A DNA stretch of 44,045 nt from Solirubrobacterales bacterium (GTDB taxonomy: Bacteria > Actinomycetota > Thermoleophilia > Solirubrobacterales > 70-9): assembly GCA_050697015.1 (NCBI GenBank), contig JBOGYZ010000326.1:1-44045 (forward strand), read 5' to 3'. Shown one piece after another: positions 7,992-17,029 of the stretch. Position 1 is the stretch's first letter. Each line of letters opens with the position of its first letter. Position numbers and translations under genes: made by a program. The notes under the pieces were generated by a model. It saw only the letters and a program-made list of their open reading frames with translations, was not told the origin of the DNA and ran no database searches.

Positions 7992-8936
7992 GTGATCGCC
8001 CAAGGCGAACTATCGTGGCCGGTTGTGGAGCTTTCTTACTGCGTGGTGAACACGAACGGGCGGGATTTCCTGCTTTCCTGCCTAGCCGCGATCGAGGCGA
8101 CGCATCCGGTCGGGGTCGAGCGGGAGGTGCTGGTGCTCGACAACGCCTCGACCGATGGGTCGGCTAAGGCAGTGCGGGCTCTTGGCGGCGACATCGAGCT
8201 GATCGAGCAGGCGCGGCCGACGGGGAAGGCTGCCAACGACTCGCTTCTCATGGAACGGGCGAAGGGGCGCTATTGCCTGCTCCTCAACGAGGACTCGGAG
8301 CTGAAACCGGGAGCCGCGTCGGTCCTCATGGCCGCGCTCGATGACGACCCGCGGGCCGCTGCGGCGACCCCGCAGCTGCTCGACTCGAACGGCGCCCCCT
8401 ACCCCTGCGCGTGGCGCTTCCCCGGCGTCGGCACGGCGCTCGCCGGTGCGCTCTTCCTGCACCGGTGGCTCACCGTGCAGAGCACCGGGAAGGTGACGCG
8501 CCGGGTCGACTGGGCGCAGTCGAGCGCGTTGATGGTCCGCCGCGAGGCGGCTGCGGAGGTCGGCTTCATGGATCCCGACTTCTTCGTCTACTACGACGAG
8601 TGCGACTTCGCCAAGCGGCTCGCGGAGGCGGGTTGGCACGAGCTCTTCGTCCCCGGCGCCGCCGCCGTCCACCGTGACCAGCTCTCGAGCGACCTCGCCG
8701 CCGGCCTGCCGCGGATCGTCGAATTCCACCGCAACCGCGACCTCTACATGCGCAAACACCATGGGCGGATCGCGGCGCTCGCGGTCCGCGCGCTCACCGC
8801 CTGGTCCTACGCCGTGCGCGCGCTCGTGGCGACCGTCATCCCCGGCCGGCCGGCCGAGGTGTACCGCGCCCACGCACTGCAGGCGCTGTTCCCGGCGCGC
8901 GGCGCCGGGATACGTGACCGCGCGGAGGCGGGCTAG
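7992..8936 (+). CDS. Family 2 glycosyltransferase (rhamnosyltransferase-like)
   Basis: Motifs: SYCVVNTNGRDFL, VLVLDNASTDGS, LLNEDSEL, FFVYYDECDF. The start is uncertain (GTG 7992 or GTG 8025). Confidence 0.8.
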   Translation: MIAQGELSWPVVELSYCVVNTNGRDFLLSCLAAIEATHPVGVEREVLVLDNASTDGSAKAVRALGGDIELIEQARPTGKAANDSLLMERAKGRYCLLLNEDSELKPGAASVLMAALDDDPRAAAATPQLLDSNGAPYPCAWRFPGVGTALAGALFLHRWLTVQSTGKVTRRVDWAQSSALMVRREAAAEVGFMDPDFFVYYDECDFAKRLAEAGWHELFVPGAAAVHRDQLSSDLAAGLPRIVEFHRNRDLYMRKHHGRIAALAVRALTAWSYAVRALVATVIPGRPAEVYRAHALQALFPARGAGIRDRAEAG

Positions 8937-9115
8937 TCGACTTTCGCGTCGCTCTTCGCGGCAGCCTTCTCGGAGTCACCCGTGATGGCGCCTTTGAACT
9001 CGCGCATGCTCCTGCCGAGGCCACGACCCGCCTCCGGCAGGCGTTTGGGACCGAGGACGAGCAGGGCGATGATCGCGACGATGGCGATCTCAAGGGGTCC
9101 TATCTGAGAGAACAT
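8933..9115 (-). CDS. tatA: Twin-arginine translocase subunit TatA/E
   Basis: 60 aa: MFSQIGPLEIAIVAIIALLVLGPKRLPEAGRGLGRSMREFK.. is the canonical TatA N-terminus. The upstream part of the 122-aa ORF is rejected. Confidence 0.9.
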   Translation of the reverse strand: MFSQIGPLEIAIVAIIALLVLGPKRLPEAGRGLGRSMREFKGAITGDSEKAAAKSDAKVD

Positions 9116-9191
9116 GGCTCCATTATCGGCATAAAGACTGGGAAACGCGAGTAAAGATCCTGAGAGAGGAACCTGGGTCCCCGCCCGGCGG

Positions 9192-10751
9192 CTAGAAACG
9201 CGAGTCTTCGTCCATGCGCTCCACTTCGTAGATCTCGCCCGGGTCGCCGTCGACCGCGGCGGGTCGGGCGCGCAGGGCGGCGAAGCTCGCGGCCAGCTCA
9301 CCCGGGTGGCGCAGGCGGGCCAGCCAGCCGCGCTCTTCGGCGGTGAAGAAGCCCGTGGCGAAGAGGGCGACGGGGAAGAGCAGGCCGAGGACGAGGCGCC
9401 CGACGAAGCCGCCGAAGCCCGCGGCCGGCAGCGCCAGCTCCCCGAACGCGATCAGCACCGCGGCGGCGAAGATGATGCGGGCCAGGCGGCCCCATTCGTA
9501 GGGCACCGGGAAGAGGCGCTCGGTGAACCAGTACATCAGCGCGATCACGACCAGGTAGGAGCCAACCAGGGCGAGCCCGGCGCCGACGATTTCCAGGGGC
9601 GGCACCAGGATCAGGTTCAGCGCGACGTTGGCGGCGAGCGCGGCCAGGGCCGCCGGCAGGTTGTACTCGGTGCGCCCGGTCCGTCCCAGGATCACCACCA
9701 TCACCATGTAGAGCGCGTAGAGGGTGACCGCAGCGGCGATCAGCCCGACGACTTCGTAGGCGTCGAAGAACTTCGGCGCGACGAAGAAGCGGATCAGGTA
9801 CTGCGCGAGCAGCCACAGCCCGACCACCAGCCAGGTGCAGCCGGCGAGGAAGAGCGTGATCACGGTGGCGTAGGTGCGGCGCGCCTCGTCGTCGTTGCGG
9901 ATCGAGTAGGCAAGCGGCGGCCAGGCGAGCTGGAAGCCGCGGACGAGGACGTTGACCGCCTGGGCGAACTTCACCCCCACCGAATAGACGCCCGCCTCGG
10001 CCGCGCCGAGGGTCCGCAGGATGATCAGGCGGTCGACGAAGTTGAGCAGGTAGAGGCTGACCTCGGCGGGCATCGTCGGCAGGCCGAAGCGGAGGAGCCG
10101 TTTCAGCAGCGGCGGGTCGAGCCGGAGGGTGAGGCGCCGGCGCTGCTCGAAGATCAGCATGAGGACAAAGGCGGCGCCGACGATGTAGGAGCCGAGCAGC
10201 AGCCCGCGCGCCCCGTCCCCCACCCCGACGACGAGGACGATGGTGAGCGCGATCGTCGCGAGGACGTTGGCGATCGTGGTGAGGAAGTAGGCGCGGGCCC
10301 GCTCGTCGAGGCGGTAGAGCGTCAGCAGGTATTCGAACAGCGTCGCCACCCAGAGGCCGCCGATCGCGATCCGGGTCAGTTCGATCGCCCCGTGCAAATC
10401 GCCCGGCTTGGGATCGAGCAGCGCTTCTGCCAGCGGCCCGGCGAAGGGCAACGCGATCAGCGCGCCGATCGTCGCGAACCAGAAGAGCCCGGAGAAGGTG
10501 GCGCCGACGACCCGCGCCTGGTCCTCGTCCTCGCGGTAGTAGAAGCGCAGCACCGCCTCGATCAGCCCAAGGCGGACGACGATGCTGGCGGTGACGACGG
10601 CGGCGAAGAGGACTTCCGCGTAGCCGTAGTCGGCCCGCGAGAGGTGGCGCGTGTAGAGCGGCAGCAGCGCGACCGCGATGAGCTTCGAGATGATGCTCGC
10701 CGCCGTGTAGGCGGCACCGGTCGTCGCCAGGCGGCGCAGGTATCCGGACAC
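9192..10751 (-). CDS. Polysaccharide/oligosaccharide flippase (MOP superfamily, Wzx-like)
   Basis: 519 aa with about 12-14 hydrophobic segments. The N-terminus ..AYTAASIISKLIAVALLPLYTRHLSRADYG.. is typical of Wzx/PST family proteins. Confidence 0.85.
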   Translation of the reverse strand: MSGYLRRLATTGAAYTAASIISKLIAVALLPLYTRHLSRADYGYAEVLFAAVVTASIVVRLGLIEAVLRFYYREDEDQARVVGATFSGLFWFATIGALIALPFAGPLAEALLDPKPGDLHGAIELTRIAIGGLWVATLFEYLLTLYRLDERARAYFLTTIANVLATIALTIVLVVGVGDGARGLLLGSYIVGAAFVLMLIFEQRRRLTLRLDPPLLKRLLRFGLPTMPAEVSLYLLNFVDRLIILRTLGAAEAGVYSVGVKFAQAVNVLVRGFQLAWPPLAYSIRNDDEARRTYATVITLFLAGCTWLVVGLWLLAQYLIRFFVAPKFFDAYEVVGLIAAAVTLYALYMVMVVILGRTGRTEYNLPAALAALAANVALNLILVPPLEIVGAGLALVGSYLVVIALMYWFTERLFPVPYEWGRLARIIFAAAVLIAFGELALPAAGFGGFVGRLVLGLLFPVALFATGFFTAEERGWLARLRHPGELAASFAALRARPAAVDGDPGEIYEVERMDEDSRF

Positions 10752-10761
10752 GGGCGGAAGC

Positions 10762-12267
10762 CTAGGCGGCGTCGGGGACTGTGGTCGCCCGCGCCGCGCG
10801 ATCAGGAGCGCCGCTGCGCGCGGCGGCGAGGGAAGCTCCTATCGCCATCAGCACCCAGGTGATCGGATCCTGGAAGAAACCGGCGTAGGCCATCGTGTGG
10901 ACCAGCAGGGCGACGAAGGCGGCGAGGATCGCGGCTCGGGCGATGAAGACGTACATCGGATCGCGATCGGGCCCGCGCGCCCAGAGCCCCGCCCCCATCG
11001 TCCAGAGCGCGACGACGACGAGGGCGACGTATGCGGCCAGACCGATCACGCCCTGCTCGGAGGCGACCGTGACCGGCTCGGTATGGGAGATCGTCACCGC
11101 CGCCCTGCCGCCTTCGAGGTGATTTTTGTACGCCTGCTGGAAGGAGCCCGAGCCGTAGCCCCACAGGGGCCGGTCCGAGAAGAGTTCGGCGCCGCCGGAG
11201 ATGAGGTGCGAGCGACCGGACGTGTCGACGTTGAATTTATCCGCGGTGATCTTGCCCGAGCCGCCGACGAAGAGCACCACCAGCGCCGCACCGACCGCGC
11301 CCACCACGACCACGCCGAGCGTCCAGCGCCATGACCAGCGCAGCGCCGCCAGCACCGCGAGCCCGGCGAGCAGGGCGATGAAGCTCGACTGGCTGAAGGT
11401 CTGGGCGAGCCCGAGCCAGAGAATCAGGATCGCCCCGCACAAGAGCCAGAACGGCCGCCGCTCGCGGATCCACATCACCGCCGCGGTGACGACCACCAAG
11501 ACCAGCGCCAGGTAGCGGCCGTAGATGTTCGGGTCCCAGAAGATCGAGTTGACCCGGAAGTAGGTGTGGAATTCGTTCGAGCGGATCACCGCCTCGTTCC
11601 AGAAGAGGCTTCGGCTCAGGTACTCGACGCTGCCGATGAGGACGAAGGCGATCGCGTCGCCGGTGATCAGGATCAGCGCCCAGACGAGCAGGCGGCGGTC
11701 CCAGGGCAGCTCGCGCAGGAGGATGTAGGCGAGCGTGAAGGGGACGAGGAAGAAGCAGACTTCCTGCAGCCCTTTCGAGTAGTCCTCGGAGTAGAGCGCC
11801 TGCAGCGCGTAGAGGACGACGAAGATCGCCAGCGATTTCGCCACCCACCGCGGGCGCCGCTTCTCCGCCGGCGGTGGCAGGAACATCGCCGCCACCACGC
11901 CCGCGCCGATGACGACGTAGAGCGGCACCAGCAGGTTCGCCGTTTCCCCGCCGGATTCGAGCGGGATGCGGAACGGCAGCGTGCCGATGATCGACAGCGG
12001 CATCAGGATCGGCCAGCGGCGGAACACCCAGGCCAGGGCGAGAACCAGCACGACGCCGATGACGATCGCCGCCGCCGCTTTCGCCTCGTGGTGGCGCAGC
12101 TCGACGATCTGATGGTTGTGCCACTGGTCGCCCAGGATCAGGACCGGGAAGAGGACCAGCGCCGTCAGCATCGCCGCCGAGCGCGTGCGCCCCGCGGGCA
12201 GGAGGATCGAGGCCGCGGCGCAGGCGGCGGCGATCACCAGCCCCGCGCCGGAGAAGAAGTCGCTCAA
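10762..12267 (-). CDS. O-antigen ligase/polymerase-like (Wzy/WaaL family) membrane protein
   Basis: 501 aa, polytopic. It has a periplasmic-loop-like segment followed by ..HTEPVTVASEQGVIGLAAYVAL... The TTG start is in a TTGA overlap with the upstream gene. Confidence 0.75.
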   Translation of the reverse strand: MSDFFSGAGLVIAAACAAASILLPAGRTRSAAMLTALVLFPVLILGDQWHNHQIVELRHHEAKAAAAIVIGVVLVLALAWVFRRWPILMPLSIIGTLPFRIPLESGGETANLLVPLYVVIGAGVVAAMFLPPPAEKRRPRWVAKSLAIFVVLYALQALYSEDYSKGLQEVCFFLVPFTLAYILLRELPWDRRLLVWALILITGDAIAFVLIGSVEYLSRSLFWNEAVIRSNEFHTYFRVNSIFWDPNIYGRYLALVLVVVTAAVMWIRERRPFWLLCGAILILWLGLAQTFSQSSFIALLAGLAVLAALRWSWRWTLGVVVVGAVGAALVVLFVGGSGKITADKFNVDTSGRSHLISGGAELFSDRPLWGYGSGSFQQAYKNHLEGGRAAVTISHTEPVTVASEQGVIGLAAYVALVVVALWTMGAGLWARGPDRDPMYVFIARAAILAAFVALLVHTMAYAGFFQDPITWVLMAIGASLAAARSGAPDRAARATTVPDAA

Positions 12268-12728
12268 CCGCTTCCCTTCTTCGAGTAGCTGAGGCAGTGG
12301 AGGCCGCTCGGCGGCTTGTGCAGGCGGATCGTGCCCGGCGCGGTGAGGCTGCGGCCTTCGTCTTCGAGGATCACCCGCAGCTTGTAGCGGCCGGGGGGCT
12401 GGACGACGCCGTCTTCGTTCTTCCCGTCCCAGAAGAACGTGTGAAAGCTGTAGCGCTTGAGGAAGGTGTGGCGGGCGAGCTTGGCGACGATTTCACCGCC
12501 CGGCCGGATCACCTCGACCGTCCCGTCGTTCGAGGTCGTCGTCCGGAACTTCAGCTTGATCCGCTCGCAGGGCGGCGTGAACGCATTCGAGTTCTTCTTG
12601 CCGATCCCCACCCGGTCGAGCACCAGCGGGTCGCGCTTCACCCGTTGGGCGTAGGCGAAGGCGGCGACGGTGGCGACGACGAGCAGCGCGAAGACGATCG
12701 CGGCCGCGTCAACCTTCCGCCGGGGCAT
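12264..12728 (-). CDS. Membrane-anchored protein with a FlgD-Ig-like domain
   Basis: 154 aa with an N-terminal TM (AAIVFALLVVATVAAFAY). The segment ..TVEVIRPGGEIVAKL..FFWDGKNEDGVVQPPGRYKLRV.. shows the FlgD_ig-type pattern. Confidence 0.6.
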   Translation of the reverse strand: MPRRKVDAAAIVFALLVVATVAAFAYAQRVKRDPLVLDRVGIGKKNSNAFTPPCERIKLKFRTTTSNDGTVEVIRPGGEIVAKLARHTFLKRYSFHTFFWDGKNEDGVVQPPGRYKLRVILEDEGRSLTAPGTIRLHKPPSGLHCLSYSKKGSG

Positions 12729-13521
12729 TGTCCTCGCCGACCACCACCGCGACTTTGGCTCCGTTCGACACCCCGGAGACTTCGGCGGTCATCGGCTGGA
12801 CTTTGTGGATCTGCAGCTGTTTGGCCACCGCTTTGGCCTCCGGGGCGGCGCCGCTTTCGAACATCACCACCGAGTTTTCGAACGTCGACGTCGTATTGGT
12901 GATCGCGCCGACTTCGAAGCCCTTGGCTTCGGCTTTGTCACCCCAGGTCGCGGCCAGCCCCGTCGCTTCGGTGCCGTTCAGCACCGCCACTTCGATTTCG
13001 CCGGGCTTCAGCGTGCTGCCCGCCGCGGCCTGCTTTTCCTTGCCCCCGTTCTTGCCCCCGCCGCTCCTCGCCGACTGGTCACCGCCGCTGTCGTTGCCGG
13101 TGTTCAGCACCGCGTAGGCGACCCCGCCGCCGATCAGGACAAGGACCACGAACAGCATGATCAGCAGGGCCGGGCGCGACAGCGTTTCGCCGAAGCCCGA
13201 GAACCGCTCCCGCACGCGCTCGCCGCGCGTCAGCTCGGGCAGCCCTTCCTCGCGCCGCTGACGCCGGACCTCGCGCTGCTCGACCGCGTCGTGCTCGGCC
13301 GTCCGCGACTCCTCGAGCTCGCGCAGCTCTTCGGCGCGCTGGGCGGCGATGTTCTGCGTCTGCTCCATCCGATCGGCTTCCCGCTCGGGCGCCGAGCCCG
13401 CCCAATCGCGCAGCCGGCGGATGTCGCGGCCGTGGGCGAAGAGGAGCAGCGCGAAGATTCCCAGCCCAAGGAAGGACGCCAGGCCCGCGAACGAACCGAT
13501 TCTTTCGACGGTGTGCAGCAA
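12709..13521 (-). CDS. LytR_C (LytR/CpsA/Psr C-terminal) domain membrane protein
   Basis: 270 aa: two TM segments flank a charged coiled region. The C-terminal IEVAVLNGTEATGLAATWGDKAEAKGFEV..VVMF.. is typical of LytR_C. Confidence 0.7.
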   Translation of the reverse strand: MLHTVERIGSFAGLASFLGLGIFALLLFAHGRDIRRLRDWAGSAPEREADRMEQTQNIAAQRAEELRELEESRTAEHDAVEQREVRRQRREEGLPELTRGERVRERFSGFGETLSRPALLIMLFVVLVLIGGGVAYAVLNTGNDSGGDQSARSGGGKNGGKEKQAAAGSTLKPGEIEVAVLNGTEATGLAATWGDKAEAKGFEVGAITNTTSTFENSVVMFESGAAPEAKAVAKQLQIHKVQPMTAEVSGVSNGAKVAVVVGEDNAPAEG

Positions 13522-13533
13522 AGTTGCGGAAGG

Positions 13534-15426
13534 CTACTCGTCCAGCACGACCTTCGTAGCATCTCCGCCCGGGGAGGCGATGAGGTCTACGACCCGTTCC
13601 GCCAAATTAGCCTCATCACCGGCCAGAACCAATGCTTCCAGCGCGGTGAGGGTCGAATCGACCCAATTCGGGTCCAGCGGCGTCGTGCGCACCGCCCGGT
13701 TGATTCGTTTTGCGGCGGTCGGTTGGGGGTTCTCGTAATCGCTGAAAAGGACCTCGTGGAGCTTCTCCCCAGGTCGTGGCTGGGTGAACTCGACAGCGAT
13801 GTCGGTCTCCGGCTCGTAGCCGGCGAGGCGGATCATGTTGTGGGCGAGGTCGACGATCTTCACCGGCTCGCCCATGTCGAGGACGAAGACCTCGCCTTTG
13901 CCGGCGCCGATGTCCCCGGCGCGGATCACCAGCTGCACCGCCTCCGGGATCGTCATGAAGTACCGCGTCATGTCCGGGTGGGTGACGGTGACCGGGCCGC
14001 CGCGCTCGATCTGCCCGCGGAAGATCGGCACGACGCTGCCGGAGGAGGCAAGGACGTTGCCGAAGCGCACCGAGGCGAAGCGGGTGCCCTGGTGGCGGTC
14101 GGCGGCCGCCTCGACGATCCACTCCGCCATCGCCTTCGAAGCGCCCATCACCGTCTGCGGGTTGACCGCCTTGTCGGTGGAGATGAGGACGAAGCGCTCG
14201 GCTTTCGCCGCCGCCGCCGTCTCGGCGGTGATCCGGGTGGCGATCGCGTTGTTGCGGACCGCCTCGAGCGGGTTCGCCTCCATCAGCGGCACGTGCTTGT
14301 AGGCGGCGGCGTGGAAGACGATGTCGGGCTTGAAGCGCTGCATCGTCTCCATCATCCGGTGCGGCTCGCGGCAGTCGGCGAGCACCGACTCGGCGTTGGA
14401 GAAGTGGCGCTCGTCAAGCATCTCGCGCTCGATTTCGAAGAGGTTGTCCTCGGCGTGGTCGAGCATCACCAGGAGCTTCGGGCCGACCCGGGCGATCTGA
14501 CGGCAGAGCTCGGAGCCGATCGAGCCACCGGCGCCGGTGACGAGGACGATCTTGTCCTGCAGGTAGGCGCCGACGCGGTCGATTTCGACGACGACCGGCT
14601 CGCGCCCGAGGACATCCTCGACCTGGACGTCACGCAGCTGTTTGGAGAGCTGGACGCCGCCGCGCAGGAGCTCGAAGACGGTCGGCAGGGTGCGCACGCG
14701 GATCCGCCGCTCGCGGCAGGCGGCGACGACCTTGGCGCGCAGCGTCCCCGGCGCCGAGGGGATCGCGATGATCACTTCGTCGGGATCGGTCTCGTCGAGG
14801 ATCGGGGCGATCTCGTCGGTCGAGCCGAGCACCTTGACGCCGCCGTTCATCCGCATCCCGCGCTTGCGCGGATCGTCGTCGACGAAGCCGATCGCGGTGC
14901 CGCCGAGCGCCGGGTTGAGGCGCAGCTCGCGGACGACCATCTGGCCGCCTTTGCCGGCGCCGACGACCAGCACCTCGTGCTTGGGGACCCGGTCGCCCTT
15001 CGAGGGGCGCTCGACGATCAGCCGCACCAGCAGGCGGGCGCCGGCGATCAGGATCAGGGTGAGCATGAAGTCGATCACCTCGACCGAGCGCGGCAGGCGG
15101 TGTTCGAAGGGCTGGACGACCGCGAAGGCGATCACCAGCAGGGCGCTCGAGATCGCCACCGCGCGGCCGATGAAGATGAAGTCGCGGCCGCTCACGTAGC
15201 GCCACCACTTCTGGTAGAGCCCCGCGGCGGCGAAGACGACCAGCTTGCCGGCGACGACGAAGCCGACCGACTGGGCGAACAGCACCTCGTAGCGGTGCGG
15301 CCAGCCGTGCGGGTCGTCGAGGAACCGCAGCTGGAAGGCGAGGAAGTAGGCCAACGCGATGAGTGCCGCGTCGGCGAGTATCTGCCCCACCCTGTTGCGG
15401 TAGACGGGATGGTTCAACCGGCCCAT
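13534..15426 (-). CDS. Membrane-bound NDP-sugar 4,6-dehydratase/epimerase (CapD/WbpM/PglF-like)
   Basis: 630 aa with an N-terminal 4-TM region, two Rossmann segments (VLVVGAGKGG; VLVTGAGGSIGSEL) and a YKHVP catalytic region. Confidence 0.9.
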   Translation of the reverse strand: MGRLNHPVYRNRVGQILADAALIALAYFLAFQLRFLDDPHGWPHRYEVLFAQSVGFVVAGKLVVFAAAGLYQKWWRYVSGRDFIFIGRAVAISSALLVIAFAVVQPFEHRLPRSVEVIDFMLTLILIAGARLLVRLIVERPSKGDRVPKHEVLVVGAGKGGQMVVRELRLNPALGGTAIGFVDDDPRKRGMRMNGGVKVLGSTDEIAPILDETDPDEVIIAIPSAPGTLRAKVVAACRERRIRVRTLPTVFELLRGGVQLSKQLRDVQVEDVLGREPVVVEIDRVGAYLQDKIVLVTGAGGSIGSELCRQIARVGPKLLVMLDHAEDNLFEIEREMLDERHFSNAESVLADCREPHRMMETMQRFKPDIVFHAAAYKHVPLMEANPLEAVRNNAIATRITAETAAAAKAERFVLISTDKAVNPQTVMGASKAMAEWIVEAAADRHQGTRFASVRFGNVLASSGSVVPIFRGQIERGGPVTVTHPDMTRYFMTIPEAVQLVIRAGDIGAGKGEVFVLDMGEPVKIVDLAHNMIRLAGYEPETDIAVEFTQPRPGEKLHEVLFSDYENPQPTAAKRINRAVRTTPLDPNWVDSTLTALEALVLAGDEANLAERVVDLIASPGGDATKVVLDE

Positions 15427-15480
15427 GAGGAGCCGAGTTTACGGGTGGTTCTTAAGGATCGGGCTAGAGTGTGCCGCCGC

Positions 15481-16143
15481 ATGCACGCTGCCATGCTCAT
15501 TCCCACGGCCAGCCTGACCGGACCGATCGTCGAATTCTGCGTCAACGTGATCGACGACACCGGCCTCGCGGGCATCTTCCTGCTCATGGGGGCGGCTTCC
15601 GCCTGCATCCCGATCCCGAGCGAGGCGGTGATGCTGTTCGCGGGCTTCACCGTGTCCGAAGGCCACCACTCGCTGATCGCGATCTTCCTCGCGGGCTTCC
15701 TCGGCAACATGGCCGGCTCCTGGCTGACCTACGCGATCGGCTACTACGGCCGCGTCGACCTGATGGAACGCAACAAAGTGATCCACGTCAGTCCGGCGAA
15801 ACTGGAGCGGGTCGACGGCTGGTTCAAACGGCACGGCGACGCCACCGTCCTCGTCTGCCGGCTGATCCCGCTGGTACGCGCCTTCATCTCACTCCCGGCC
15901 GGGCTGGCGAAAATGCCCTTCTGGCGCTTCACCTGGCTGACCGCCCTCGGCTCGCTCCCCTGGGTCATCGGCTTCGGCCTCCTCGGCCGCGCGGTCGGAG
16001 ACGAATGGGAAAAGTGGCGGGAACACCTCTCGATCCTCGATTACATCGTCGTCGCGGCGATCGTCGTGCTGGCCGGATATTGGCTCTACAAGCGGGTCAC
16101 GCGCGACCCCGCCGATCCCGCGACCGATACCCCGGACGCTTGA
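15481..16143 (+). CDS. DedA family membrane protein
   Basis: The last 220 aa of the 1157-aa ORF have ATG 15481 and the motifs IPIPSEAVMLFAGF, GNMAGSWLTYAIGYYG, VCRLIPLVRAFISLPAG. The rest of that ORF is antisense shadow. Confidence 0.9.
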   Translation: MHAAMLIPTASLTGPIVEFCVNVIDDTGLAGIFLLMGAASACIPIPSEAVMLFAGFTVSEGHHSLIAIFLAGFLGNMAGSWLTYAIGYYGRVDLMERNKVIHVSPAKLERVDGWFKRHGDATVLVCRLIPLVRAFISLPAGLAKMPFWRFTWLTALGSLPWVIGFGLLGRAVGDEWEKWREHLSILDYIVVAAIVVLAGYWLYKRVTRDPADPATDTPDA

Positions 16144-16946
16144 GCGAACGGCGACTGCCGGTCCACCGCGCGATCGCGCTGGGCATGGTGCAGGGCCCCG
16201 CGGAGCTGCTGCCGGTCTCCAGCTCCGCCCACATCGTCCTCCTCCCCTGGCTGCTCGGCTGGGACTGGGACGAGATCGACCCGGAGGTGCGCAAGAGTTT
16301 CGAGGTCGCCCTCCACACCGGCGCCGCCGCCGCGCTCCTGATCGGCCAGCGCCGCCTGATCGCCGAGGAGCTCCGCCAGTTCGACCTCAACCGGGCGCTC
16401 CTGCTGGCCTTCTCCTTCGCCCCGGCGGCGTTCGTCGGCTACCGGTTCGAGCGCCAGATCGAGGGGCGCCTCGGCGGGCCGCGGGCGACCGCCTTCGGCC
16501 TCCTCGCGGGAGCGGCGCTGATGGTGATCGGCGACCGCCAGCCGCAGCAACGGGGCCGCGGCGAGGCCACCCCGGCCGACGGCCTGGCCCTCGGCGTCGC
16601 CCAGGCGGCGGCACTGGCCCCGGGGATCTCCCGCAACGGCGTGACCCTCGCCGCGGCCCGCTGGCGCCGTTTCTCGCGCGAGCAGGCCAACCTCCTCTCC
16701 CGCACGATCGCCCTGCCGATCATCGTCGGCGCGACCGGCCTCAAGGGCGTCCGCCTCGCTAGACGTGGGACGACCCCGGAGCTGCGCCGCACCCTGGCCC
16801 TCGGTATCGGCGCCTCCTTCGCCTCCACCCTCGCCTCCCAGCGCCTGATCGGCCTGGTCGAGCGCGACCGCGCCCTCTGGCCCTACGCGGCCTACCGCGC
16901 GGCCTTCGCCGGCGTGGTCCTGGCCAAACTGCACCGCCAAACCTAG
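16140..16946 (+). CDS. uppP: Undecaprenyl-diphosphate phosphatase
   Basis: 268 aa from TTG 16140, in a TTGA overlap with the DedA stop. Motifs: GMVQGPAELLPVSSSAHI, PGISRNG. ATG 16185 is an alternative start. Confidence 0.9.
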   Translation: MSERRLPVHRAIALGMVQGPAELLPVSSSAHIVLLPWLLGWDWDEIDPEVRKSFEVALHTGAAAALLIGQRRLIAEELRQFDLNRALLLAFSFAPAAFVGYRFERQIEGRLGGPRATAFGLLAGAALMVIGDRQPQQRGRGEATPADGLALGVAQAAALAPGISRNGVTLAAARWRRFSREQANLLSRTIALPIIVGATGLKGVRLARRGTTPELRRTLALGIGASFASTLASQRLIGLVERDRALWPYAAYRAAFAGVVLAKLHRQT

Positions 16947-16967
16947 ATGCAGAGCCAATTCCAGATT

Positions 16968-16993
16968 TTGGACAAATTTGGATTTCACTTGGA
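16968..16993 (+). promoter_or_regulatory. Three helically phased TTGGA repeats in the AT-rich purM upstream region
   Basis: TTGGA occurs at 16968, 16978 and 16989 (10/11-nt spacing). The repeats are bracketed by the imperfect inverted repeat GCCAATTCCA / TGGAATTCGC. Confidence 0.3.
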
Positions 16994-17029
16994 ATTCGCT
17001 CTTCCTGACCGGCTGAAAGAATCGGGTCG

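Noticed and set aside
9306-12288. Plus-strand ORFs opposite the Wzx- and Wzy-like genes (9306-10862, 11566-12288) and nested minus-strand alternatives (9298-9816, 11237-12124)
   Set aside because: The charged low-complexity translations are mirror or off-frames of hydrophobic membrane proteins, a classic high-GC artefact.
12670-15470. First ~935 aa of the 1157-aa plus-strand ORF
   Set aside because: It is antisense to the well-supported CapD-, LytR_C- and FlgD-Ig-like genes. The translation is Arg/Gly/Asp/His-rich low-complexity sequence, typical of shadow ORFs in high-GC DNA. Only the last 220 aa (DedA) are credible.
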